Shown piece after piece: positions 23,901 to 35,454 of a stretch of DNA of 64,000 nucleotides (its first letter is position 1; each line of letters starts with the position of its first letter). This DNA comes from Anthoceros angustus (lineage: Eukaryota; Plantae; Anthocerotophyta). The translations under genes were made by a program, and so were the position numbers. The stretch spans positions 1 to 64,000 of the forward strand of contig VJWM01000314.1 of the NCBI GenBank assembly GCA_010909165.1. The letters are read 5' to 3'. The notes below the pieces were generated by a model. It was given only the letters and a program-made list of their open reading frames with translations. It did not search any database and was not told where the DNA came from.

Positions 23901-26900
23901 CCTCGGTGGGGTTGTCTCTCCCACCACCCAGCTGCTCCTCGGGGTATACTGGACCCCGGCTCCTTCATCCTCGGCCGGGCCTCCGGCTCCTTCCTCTCCA
24001 TCGGTCGCGCCCGTTCATCGCACCCTACCGCGGTAGTCGCGGACTACGGGGTGGTGACCTACCATGGTAGTCGGTACCTATCTCCTTCTTCTCCTTCCTC
24101 TCCATCGGTGATGTCTCACGGTGAGTTCCTTGCTCTTCCTTCTTTGTTTGGTTTGTCCATACCTATCAGAGCATGTCTTCATCTTCCCCATTCGACCATG
24201 TTGCTACTAACTCCGGGCCTTTTGCGTTGGACTCCTCTCGGGCCCGGCTCCTCCCTTATCGTGGGAACTTCTCACCCCTCCCCTTCCTCGGGGTCGGACC
24301 CGTCCTTAGTCTCCTCGGTGGGGTTGTCTCCCACCACCCAGCTGCTCCTCGGGGTATACTCGGACCCCGGCTCCTTCATCCTCGGCCGGGCCTCGGCCGG
24401 CTCCTCCCCTTCCTCTCCATCGGTCGCGCCCGTTCATCGCACCCTACCGCGGTAGTCGCGGACTACGGCGTGGTGTGTCTACCACGGTAGTCGGCGGACT
24501 ACCGTGGTAGGTGGTCACCACCGTGGTAGGTTGACCCCGGAGGTGGGCTTTCCCCTCCTTGCTCTCGCCACCTTCTACCTTTGGCGCTCGGCGCTCCTTC
24601 GTCTCGACTCCTCAGTTCCTCGAGTCCATTTCGTGATGGCCTCATCAAAATCGGAGGCCTCTGGCTGCACTGTTGCGGCTCCTTTGTCATCATCATGAGG
24701 ACCCAATGTCCTCCTCTTGGCCAACGCAAGACTCATTGTTGGCCTTCAAAATTCTATTGTGGAGGTGAGCCCCAAGCTATGATATTGCATTTGGAGATCA
24801 TCAATCTCAGTGGGCCACTCTCCATCTTCACACCTACCTTTGTAGGCGTCCCTTGAGGTGGTCAATTCCCCACCTTGACATGGAGGTCACATTCTCCTCC
24901 CTCACTTCCTTATTTGGCTGGCCAATTTTGCACGAAGGGCATAATGCCAAAACCTTGCTTCCTTACTACCGGCATTCTATGCACCACCTTCTTGTGGCGC
25001 TCCTCCTCTGAGACCTCCTTTGTTCCAAGTCCTCTATTGAGCAAGCCCTTCCTCTCCGCTTGCCAAGCATCTTTCTCGCTCCGGCTCCTGGTCTTGGTTT
25101 TGAATTTCCAGCTCGCTTCTCTTCCAAATTAACGGGTCCTTCTCAACTCTTCCTTCATGTCCGGATCTTGATGGCTTGTAGCCATCACTGCTCTTGCGTC
25201 CATTCTTTGGACGCTACCTTCTCCTAGAGCCTCTGTTTTGCCCTTTCTTGCTCTAATTGGGCAAAATGCTCCTCATTTGCCTCCATGATCCTTGGGTGGT
25301 TGCTCGGAATGGCTCTTTCTTCTTGAGCAAGCCCTTCCCTCAAGACCTTCTCCGTGCGTTGATCCATGAGGTCGCTGGAGCTTCTCCACCTTTCCAATTT
25401 GGCTGCCTTTTCATCGGACTCCATGGCCTCCAATTGCCATTTGGTCCCTTCCTCCGGCCATGTCTTGAGATTTCACTTCTCTTGCTCTAATTGGGCAAAA
25501 TGCTCTTCCGCCTTTGCCTCCATGAATCCGTTGGGTGGTTGCTCGGATGGCTCTTTCTTGACTTTGACAACCTCCCTCAGACCTTCTCCTTGCCTCCATG
25601 AGGTCGCTGGAGCTTCTCCTGACCTTTTCCGGCTTGGCTGCCTTTTCATCGGACTCCATGGCCTCCAATTGCCATTTGGTCCTGCCTTCTTCCGGCCATG
25701 TCTTGAGATTTCACTTCCTCTTGGCATGCCCACAAGGAGGCTGTCCTAGCCCCTTCAAATCCACACGGTGAGTGCTTCACAAGCACCCAATTCTCCTAGG
25801 GGTCCTAATTCCACCCCTTCTTTCTTCTTCTTTGAAATCTCCAGCTCTCACCTTCTCGGCCGGCTCCTTCATCCTCGGCCGGGCCTCCGGCTCCTCCCTT
25901 CCTCCGGCCATTCTTGGCGTGGGGTGCCTACCCGGTAGTCAGCGGACTACCGTGGTGGTGGCGCCTACCACGGTAGTCTGGCAGACTACCGTGGTAGGCT
26001 GGTCACCCACCGTGGTAGGTTGACCCCCCAGGAGGGTGGGCTTTCCCCCCTCCTTGCTCTCTGCGCCACCTTCTACCTTTGGCGCTACGGCCGCTCCTTC
26101 GTCTCCTGACTCCTCAGATTCCTCGGAGTCCATTTCGCTGATGGCCTCATCAAAATCGGAGGCCTCTGGCTGCACCTGTTGCAGCTCCTTCCGGTCATCA
26201 TCATGAGGACCTATTGTCCTCCTCTTGGCCAAGTAAGACTCATTGTTGGCCTTCAAAATTCTATTGTGGAGGTGAGCCCCAAGCTATGATATTGCATTTG
26301 GAGATCATCAATCTCGTGGGCCACTCTCCATCTTCACACCTACCTTGTAGGCATCTCTTGAGGTGGTCAATTCCCCACCTTGACATGGAGGTACATTCTC
26401 CTCCCTCACTTCCTTTGGCTGGCCAATTTTGCACGAAGGGCATAATGCCAAAACCTTCGCTTCCTTACTACCGGCATTCTATGCACCACCTTCTTGTGGC
26501 TCCTCCTCTGAGACCTCCTTTCCTTCCAAGTCCTCTATTGAGCAAGCCCTTCCTCTCCGCTTGCCAAGCATCTTTCTCGCGCTCCGGCTCCTGGTCTTGG
26601 TTTTGAATTTCCAGCTCGCTTCTCTTCCAAACTAACGGGTCCTTCTCAACTCTTCCTTCATGTCCGGATGATGGCTTGTAGCCATCACTTCTTCTTCTTC
26701 TTTGGACGCTACCTTCTCCTAGAGCCTCTGTTTTGCCCTTCGCTCTTGCTCTAATTGGGCAAAATGCTCCTTCTCCTTGCCTCCATGATCCTTGGGTGGT
26801 TGCTCGGATGGCTCTTTCTTGACTTTGACAACCTTCCCTCAAGACCTTCTCCGCTTGCTGATCCATGAGGTCGCTGGAGCTTCTCCTGACCTTTCCAATT

Positions 26901-29900
26901 TGGCTGCCTTTTCATCGGACTCCATGGCCTCCAATTGCCATTTGGTCCTGCCTTCCTCCGGCCATGTCTTGAGATTTCACTTCCTCTTGGCATGCCCACA
27001 AGGAGGCTGCTAGTCCCTAGCCTTCAAATCCACGGTGAGTGCTTCACAAGCACCCAATTCTCCTAGGGGTCCTAATTCCACCCCTTCTTTCTTCTTGGAA
27101 ATCTCCAGCTCTCACCTTCTCGGGCCATCAGCCTTGGCCTTCACCGTCGCTCCATCCGCTCTCCCACAGGCGCGGAGATGGTGGCCTCGGCGCTTCTTGC
27201 TCTTCTCCTTCCCTTCCTCCGGTCTTCCGCCATTCTTGGCGTGGGGTGCCTACCTACCATGGTGGTGCCCACCCCTTGGGTGGCGCCTACCTACCATGGT
27301 GGTGGCGCCTACCACGGTGAGTGCCCACCCCTTGGGTGGCGCCTACCACGGTAGTCAGCGGACTACGGCGTGGTGTGTCTACCACGGTAGTCAGCCGGTG
27401 CCTCTCGTAGGCACAAAGGAGATGGTGGGGACTCCCCACTCTCATCACCCCTCCGTGGTCCTTCTCTCATAGACCACCATTCGGCCTTCTTGGCCTTCTT
27501 CGGCCATGTCTTGAGATTTCACTTCCTCTTGGCATGCCCACAAGGAGGCTGTCCTAGCCCCTTCAAATCCACACGGTGAGTGCTTCACAAGCTCCAGCAA
27601 TTCTCCTAGGGGTCCTAATTCCACCCCTTCTTTCTTCTTCTTTGAATTTCCAGCTCTCACCTTCTCGGGCCATCAGCCTTGGCCTTCACCGTCGCTCCAT
27701 CCGCTCTCCCACCTAGCGCGGAGATGGTGGCTTCGGCGCCGCTCGCGGCACCTCGCGTTCTTCTCCTTCCCTTCCACCTTGTAGGCTGTTTGCCTGGCGG
27801 CGTAGGGTGCCTGCCTACCATGGTGGTGCCCACCCCTTGGGTGGCGCCTACCATGGTGGTGGCGCCTACCATGGTGGTGCCCACCCCTTGGGTGGCGCCT
27901 CCCTAAGGTGATGCAGCCGGGTGCCTCTCTCGTAGGCACAAAGGAGATGGTGGGGACTCCCCACTCTGGGGCATCACCCCTCCGTGGTCCTTCTCTCATA
28001 GACCACCATTCGGCCTTCTTCGGCCGCTTCCTGCTCTTCTCCCCTTGCTTGCTCCTGTGGGGAAAGGATTCCCACTCGGCAACTTTGTTGCCTCGAACCT
28101 TCTCCTCTTGCTTCTAGCATTTTGTGGAGGTCGACCTCCCACCGTCTTCCAATGCAAAGGCAAAGGCCTTTCCAACCTCGGTGGAGATGGATGACCTCAA
28201 AGGGATGCCATGCATCTTCAAGCTCCTTGCTTGTGAGAGTCCCTCGGTTTCCCATAAATGCACCAAATAGGTGCTAAGATAGCAGGGCCTTGGCCTTCCT
28301 CATCCACGAATTTGGCTTGAGGAGCTTCTCTCGATGGTGGATGTAGGCCTCATACATGATAGTCCCCAATCCGGCTTGGCTGCCTTTTCATCGGACTCCA
28401 TGGCCTCCAATTGCCATTTGGTCCTGCCTTCCTCCGGCCATGTCTTGAGATTTCACTTCTCTTGGCATGCCCACAAGGAGGCTGTCCTAGCCCCTTCAAA
28501 TCCACACGGTGAGTGCTTCACAAGCTCCAGCAATTCTCCTAGGGGTCCTAATTCCACCCCTTCTTTCTTCTGGAAATTTCCAGCTCTCACCTTCTCGGCC
28601 GGGCCTCCGGCCATTCTTGGCGTGGGCCTTCACCGTCGCTCCATCCGCTCTCCCACAGCGCGGAGATGGTGGTGGCGCCGCTCGCGGCACCTCGTTGCTT
28701 CTCCTTCCCTTCCACCTTGTAGGCTGTTTTGCTGGCGGCGTGGGGTGCACGCCTACCATGGTGGTGCTCCCCGTGATGCCTACCATGGTGGTGGCGCCTA
28801 CCACGGTGAGTGCCCACCCCTTGGGTGCCTCCCTCGGGTGTCAGCCGGTGCCTCTCTCGTAGGCACAAAGGAGATGGTGGGGACTCCCCACTCTGGGGCA
28901 TCACCCCTCCTGTGGTCCTTCTCTCATAGACCACCATCGGCCTTCTTGGCCTTCTTGCTCTTCTCCCTTGCTTGCTCACTGTGGGGAAAGGATTCCCACT
29001 CGGCAACTTTGTTGCCTCGAACCTTCTCCTCTTGCTTCTAGCATGCTTGTGGAGTCGACCTCCCACCGTCTTCCAATGCAAAGGCAAAGGCCTTTCCAAC
29101 CTCGGTGGAGATGGATGACCTCAAAGGGATGCCATGCATCTTCAAGCTCCTTGCTTGTGAGAAGTCCCTCGGTTTCCCATAAATGCACCAAATAGGTGCT
29201 AAGATAGCAGCCTTGGCCTTCCTCATCCACGAATTTGGCTTGAGGAGCTTCTCGATGGTGGATGTCGCTTCATACATGATAGTCCCCAATCGGCTTGGCT
29301 CCCATGGAAATCTTCCACAAAATTGGAGGAAGTTGGTCTTTGAAATAAGAGGTCGTTGGTAATTTACCAACCCCAGCACAATCTTTGAAGAGCCTCCACT
29401 TGACTCCTTGATGCTCTCGGTCTTCCGCCATTCTTGGCGTGGGCCTTCACTCCTCCATCCATCATGTCAAGGAACTCCTGCGGGATGTCGGAGGCTGTCC
29501 TCTTCCCCCATTCAACCTTTCGAGAGAGCAATTCGAGCTCTCTTCCTCCGGTCTTCCATACACTGTCGAATACTTCTCACGGTCCAGCGGATCCGTTCTA
29601 GCATTCCTTTCCGTGGCGGCGGCGCTTCCGATTGATGGAGGTTGATGTAACACTCCTCAATCAATTCCAAATTGGTGTAGGCCCATTGGCGGCCATACAC
29701 CCATCCTAGTTGGATGTTCTCCTCCGCCTTGAAAATCAACCAAATCTCGGGGTTGAGCTGCCCGGCAAAGCAAGTGAATTGGGGCATCACAAGTTCACCT
29801 CCCCACTCTCGGGCCATCAGCCTTGGCCTTCACCGTCGCTCCATCCGCTCTCCCACAGCGGAGATGGTGGTGGCCTCGCGGCACCTCGCGTTCTTCTCCT

Positions 29901-32900
29901 TCCCTTCCCTTGCCTTTCCAATTTGGCTGCCTTTTCCACTCGAGGCATGGTGGCGCCTACCATGGTGGTGCCCACCCCTTGGGTGGCGCCTACCATGGTG
30001 GTGGCGCCTACCTACCATGGTGGTGGCGCCTACCATGGTGGTGCCCACCCCTTGGGTGGCGCCTCCCTGGGGTAGTCAGCCGGGGTGCCTCTCGTAGGCA
30101 CAAAGGAGATGGTGGGGACTCCCCACTCTGGGGCATCACCCCTCCTGTGGTCCTTCTCTCATAGACCACCATTCGGCCTTCTTCGGCCTTCTTGCTCTTC
30201 TTCCCTTGCTCTGTGGGGAAAGGATTCCCACTCGGCAACTTTGTTGCCTCGAACCTTCTCCTCTTGCCTCTAGCATTTTGTGGAGTCGACCTCCCACCGT
30301 CTTCCAATGCAAAGGCAAAGGCCTTTCCAACCTCGGTGGAGATGGATGACCTCAAAGGGATGCCATGCATCTTCAAGCTCCTTGCTTGTGAGAAGTCCCT
30401 CGGTTTCCCATAAATGCACCAAATAGGTGCTAAGATAGCAGCCTTGGCCTTCCTCATCCACGAATTTGGCTTGAGGAGCTTCTCGATGGTGGATGTAGGC
30501 CTCATACATGATAGTCCCCAATCGGCTTGGCTCCCATGGAAATCTTCCACAAAATTGGAGGAAGTTGGTCTTTGAAATAAGAGGTCGTTGGTAATTTACC
30601 AACTGCACAATCTTTGAAGAGCCTCCACTTGACTCCTTGATGCTCTCGGTCTTCCGCCATTCTTGGCGTGGGCCTTCACTCCTCCATCCATCATGTCGAG
30701 GAACTCCTGCGGGATGTCGGAGGCTGTCCTCTTCCTCCATTCGAGGAGAGCAATTCGAGCTCTCTTCCTCCGGTCTTCCATACACTGTCGAATACTTCTC
30801 ACGGTCCAGCGGGATCCGTTCTAGCATTCCTTTCCGTGGCGGCGGCGCTTCCGATTGATGGAGGTTGATGTAACACTCCTCAATCAATTCCAAATTGGTG
30901 TAGGCCCATTGGCGGCCATACACCCATCCTAGTGGATGTTCTCCTCCTCGCCTTGAAAATCAACCAAATCTCGGGGTTGAGCTGCCCGGCAAAGCAAGTG
31001 AATTGGGGCATCACAAGTTCACCTCCCCACAGCGCTACCTTCTTTCTTTCCTTTCTCTCGCGAGGAGGCCCTTGCGGTGGCTCCTTCCCTTGCCTTTTCC
31101 TCGAGGCATGGCACCTTCCTTCTCCTCTTGCTCTAGCAAGGAAGGATTACTTCCCAATTTTGTTGTGTGCTCAAGCTTCACTTCCAAACACTCCTTTTCT
31201 CGCGAGGAGCCCTTGCGGCTCCTTCCCTTGCCTTTCCAATTTGGCTGCCTTTTCCTCCTTCTCCCTTGATTTCTTCTCCTCCTCGCGAGGAGCCCTTGCG
31301 GCTCCTTCAATGTGTCTCTTCCTCTTCTACTCTCCTCTCTCCTTCACCTTCTCGGCGCTCCAACTCGCTCTTGCTCTTCTCCTTCCCCTTCTTTTGCGCT
31401 CCTTCAATGTGTCTCTTCCTCCGGCCATGTCTTGAGCCTCCACTTGACTCCTTGATGCTCTCGGTCTTCCGCCTCCTCTTCCTCCATTCGACCCGTTCTT
31501 CTCCTCTTGCCTCTCTCGTAGGCACAAAGGAGATGGTGGGGACTCCCCACTCTCATCACCCCTCCTGTGGTCCTTCTCTCATAGACCACCATTCGGCCTT
31601 CTCGGCCGCTTCTTGCTCTTCTCCCTTGCTTGCTCACAGGAAGGATTCCCACTCGGCAACTTGTTGCCTCGAACCTTCTCCTCTTGCTCTAGCATGCTTG
31701 TGGAGTCGACCTCCCACCGTCTTCCAATGCAAAGGCAAAGGCCTTTCCAACCTCTGGAGATGGATGACCTCAAAGGGATGCCATGCATCTTCAAGCTCCT
31801 TGCTTGTGAGAAGTCCCTCGGTTTCCCATAAATGCACCAAATAGGTGCTAAGATAGCAGGGCCTTGGCCTTCCTCATCCACGAATTTGGCTTGAGGAGCT
31901 TCTCGATGGTGGATGTAGGCCTCATACATGATAGTCCCCAATCGGCTTGGCTCCCATGGAAATCTTCCACAAAATTGGAGGAAGTTGGTCTTTGAAATAA
32001 GAGTGCGTTGGTAATTTACCAACTGCACAATCTTTGCGAAGAGCCTCCACTTGACTCCTTGATGCTCTCGGTCTTCCAGCCATTCTTGGCGTGGGCTTCA
32101 CTCCTCCATCCATCATGTCAAGGAACTCCTGCGGGATGTCGGAGGCTGTCCTCTTCCCCCATTCAACCTTTCGAGGAGAGCAATTCGAGCTCTCTTCCTC
32201 CGGTCTTCCATACACACTGTCGAATACTTCTCACGGTCCAGCGGGATCCGTTCTAGCATTCCTTCCGTGGCGGCGGCTTCCGATTGATGGAGGTTGATGT
32301 AACACTCCTCAATCAATTCCAAATTGGTGTAGGCCCATTGGCGGCCATACACCCATCCTAGTTGGATGTTCTCCTCCTCGCCTTGAAAATCAACCAAATC
32401 TGGGGTTGAGCTGCCCGGCAAAGCAAGTGAATTGGGGCATCACAAGTTCACCTCCCTGGCCCAGCTCCACCTTTTCCTTTCCTCCTTCTCTCCTCGCGAG
32501 GAAGAGCCCTTGCGGCTCCTTCCCTTGCCTTTTCCACTCGAGGCATGGCACCTTCCTTCTCCTCTTGCTCTAGCAAGAGGATTACTTCCCAATTTTGTTG
32601 TGTGCTCAAGCTTCACTTCCAAACACTCCTTCTTCTCCTTGATGCTCTCGGTCTTCCACTGAGCACAAGCACGTTAGCCACATCTTGAGCCTCCACTTGA
32701 CTCCTTGATTTCTTCTCCCTTGATTTCTTCTCCTCCTCGCGAGGAGCCCTTGCGGCTCCTTCCCTTGATTTCTTCTCCTCCTTCTACTCTCACTCTCCTT
32801 CACCTTCTCCCTTGATTTCTTCTCGGCGCTCCATCCGCTCTCCCACAGCGGAGATGGTGGCCTCGGCGCTCCTTCAATGTGTCTCTTCCTCCATTCGACC

Positions 32901-33157
32901 TTTCGAGGAGAGCAATTCGAGCTCTCTTCCTCCGGTCTTCCGCCTCCTCTTTCTCCTTTCCTCCTTCTCCTCCTCCGCCTTCCTCTCGCGAGGAGCCCTT
33001 GCGGCGGCGGCGATGGCGGCTTCTCCTTCCTTCTTTTGCGCTCCGGCTCGATCTCTTGGGAGTGAGTTCGCCTTAGCTCGAAGGAAGTTGGCGCCCCAAG
33101 CGCACTTTGCCCTTTGGATGGCGCCACTGGCGGCCACAACCCTAGATTTTTCATCAT
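20960..33157 (-). pseudogene. 3' accessory (env-position) ORF region, multiply duplicated and frameshifted
   Basis: Starts MMKNLGLWPPVAP at 33157. Core IQLGWVYGRQWAYTNLELIEECYINL..LDREKYSTVYGRPEEE..WGTIMYEAY..CYLSTYLVHLWETEGLL occurs in 3 copies (about 29080-29790, 30300-31020, 31740-32450). Then a coiled-coil-like EEHFAQLEQE part, an acidic segment and a basic tail. Confidence 0.7.
21478..23315 (-). repeat. Two extra partial LTR copies (U3 half; about 21478-21910 and 22865-23315) interleaved with 3' internal sequence
   Basis: GGGCGAGAACCTCGAG...CATCCTTGAAGGATGTCG recurs, matching 20468-20923. Confidence 0.85.
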
Positions 33158-33290
33158 TCCAAAATCCTAATCTATCTAAATACCTATTTTCCTACTCGCC
33201 TAATTAATCTCTTGCTAATTACTCTATATATTTATTCCCTATTGGTGAGCATATATAGTGGATATCCCCTCTATTCTAATTTCCTTTTAG
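33130..33290 (-). promoter_or_regulatory. Candidate internal promoter of the accessory ORF
   Basis: AT-rich island with AATAAATATATAGAG about 70 nt upstream of ATGATG, and telo-box-like AACCCTAG at 33138. The same block occurs at about 51870, 59155 and 62230. Confidence 0.4.
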
Positions 33291-33649
33291 CGAGATTTGT
33301 CGACCTACGGCGTGGTGTGGCGACCTACGGCGTGGTGTGGCGACCTACGGTGATGCCGACCTACCAACCTTTGGATGTTCTCCTCCTCGCGAGGAGCCCT
33401 TGCGGCTCCTTCAATGTGTCTCTTCCTCCATTCGACCCGTTCTTCTTCCTCTGGGATATCCTTTTGCCTTCCTAACAATATCCTACAACTCCGACTTCAA
33501 GATTCTCGAAAATTTCTTGGCATGCTCCTCTTCAATCGTTCTTAGCCAAAAAAATCAAACTTGTTGTCTTGGCTCTTTTGGGCTGGTTGCCCAAACTTTT
33601 CGTTCCACATACTCCCCACCTCACTGTTTGCGTCCTGCAAACAGTACTC

Positions 33650-34800
33650 AGTGAGGTACTTCTTGACCTTCCACCCATTGACTCGGTGATAATTCGCCCC
33701 CAATGCAGTTGCGGATCCATTCTCGTATCTGCGACCACCTCGTAAGGTCCCATCCATCTCTTAGCCTAAGCTTCCTGGAAAGTCTAGGTACCGACTATCA
33801 TATAGAAGAACCAAATCCCGTCCACGATAGCCTCTTGCTTCCTCAACCTCCCATCATGCCTTTTACGAGTTCACAGAATCCTGTTTCTTCTAAAGCATCC
33901 TCCCTCGTTCTTCCTGCTCTATGAATGATTCTAGTCTAACTACACGGCTATCCTCTACGGTCATCGTTCATCCTCCATGATTACATGGGTAGGTACTTCA
34001 AATTCCACGGGCATCACGGTGACATGCCATATGTTAGATAATAAGGGTCTTTTGGTGGTTACCTTTTCCATGATCCTGTAAGCCCACAATGCGAATGCAA
34101 CAGCATCCCAATCATACATGTGTGTCACAGTACCTTGGTGAGGATTGTGCGAGCAACCCATTCGTCTTCTCCGTTAATCCATTCGCCTTTGGGGTTGTAG
34201 GGGTCGTCTTCGATGCGAATGTTGAAGTAGGTGGTTAGGGACTCAACGACCGAGTTGAGGAAATGTGTCCCCGGTGACCAACTCTAAAGGACATCCATAC
34301 GGTTATGATGTTCTCGAATAGAAACTTGGCTCTGCGGTGCGTCGTCCTTCCTTGTTGCTTGACTTCCACCATCTTGTACAATAATCCGTAGCCACCAAAA
34401 TGTCACTTCCTCGTCCATTGCGTTGGTGGTTTGATCGGCCCTACGAAATCGATTCCCCACTTCTCGAACGGTGCTAGCGGCAGGATGTAGGTAAGAGGCC
34501 ATTGTGTCGACAACGTAGGCCGCCCAACCCTCTGACACGCATCACACCTCCGGGTGAACTCCCACACATCCTTTTGCATCGTAGCCCACCAAAACCCGGC
34601 ATTCAAAATCTTCTTAACGGTCACCTGCACCGAATAGTGTCCACCTGCCTCTTCTGCATGCAACGCCTCCGTGACGAGTGCAGCCTCCTTAGCGAGACAG
34701 TCGGATCTTTCGTCGGCCCAAGTTTATGCAGGACACCTTCCTCAGATGGGGTGCTTTATGGAAAGACCGCCCGTCCTTCCCTTGACAACCCATCGGCATG
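33650..34800 (-). pseudogene. pol: Integrase
   Basis: HAEEAGGH..CDACQR (HHCC), PFEKWGIDFVGPIKPP, GTHFLN, TTPYNPKANG, ALWAYR, MPVEFEVPT, WMGPYEVV (GPY/F) and NGWKVKKY. Confidence 0.93.
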
Positions 34801-35454
34801 ATGCCATGCTCCGAGAATTTCGTACTTCACGCTCAACAAATACCTCGGGCATGAACGCCCCTCGCGTCTAATCTTCTCCTTCCAGGTGTGCACGTCTCCT
34901 CCTCCTAGGACGTTCGTTAGTGGCTCCAGATGGCGTGTATCCATCCTCTGGCCCACGGCTTCCCCAATCCGGTTGTAAAGTTGTGCGCTCACCAAGCTGT
35001 CCTTCAAGCTTGTCATGGGATGCTCCTTCCTTCATTAACAGGTTGATTTCGTCTGCCCCTGTCGGCCCAACTTCGTGTCTGGGTCCATCTCGTGCTCCCA
35101 TGGCGACCTCCTCGACTTGTTGCACCTCCATGGTCGGATTTTGAGGATTGCCCACAGATCGCCAACTCCCCCTTTTGCAATTTTTCTTCAAGCTTGTCAT
35201 GGGATGAAGCTCCTTCCTCGCCCTCTGGCGCACCCACCTCCTAGGCGTCTCCTCCTCCTAGGCGTCTCCTCCTCGCCTCATGGCGCACAGCCGACCTCGC
35301 CAAGTGGGGGCCTTCCTCGCTCAAAAGCGGTGCTCTCATGTCGTTTTGCTTCCTTGCCAACGTGTGGCCTCACTTGCAGCCCCTGACTGCTCACCCTTGA
35401 GGATTCAGCCTCCTCCTTGCAGCCCCTGCTCACCCTTGAGAATTCAGCCTCCTC

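Noticed and set aside
21980-24455. Hydrophobic plus-strand ORFs as an antisense membrane or env protein
   Set aside because: Leu/Ser/Pro richness is expected from the pyrimidine-rich strand, and the frames are inconsistent between copies.
27673-30060. His-rich (GRRHHH)n protein
   Set aside because: One reading frame of the 18 bp DNA repeat; no independent coding evidence.
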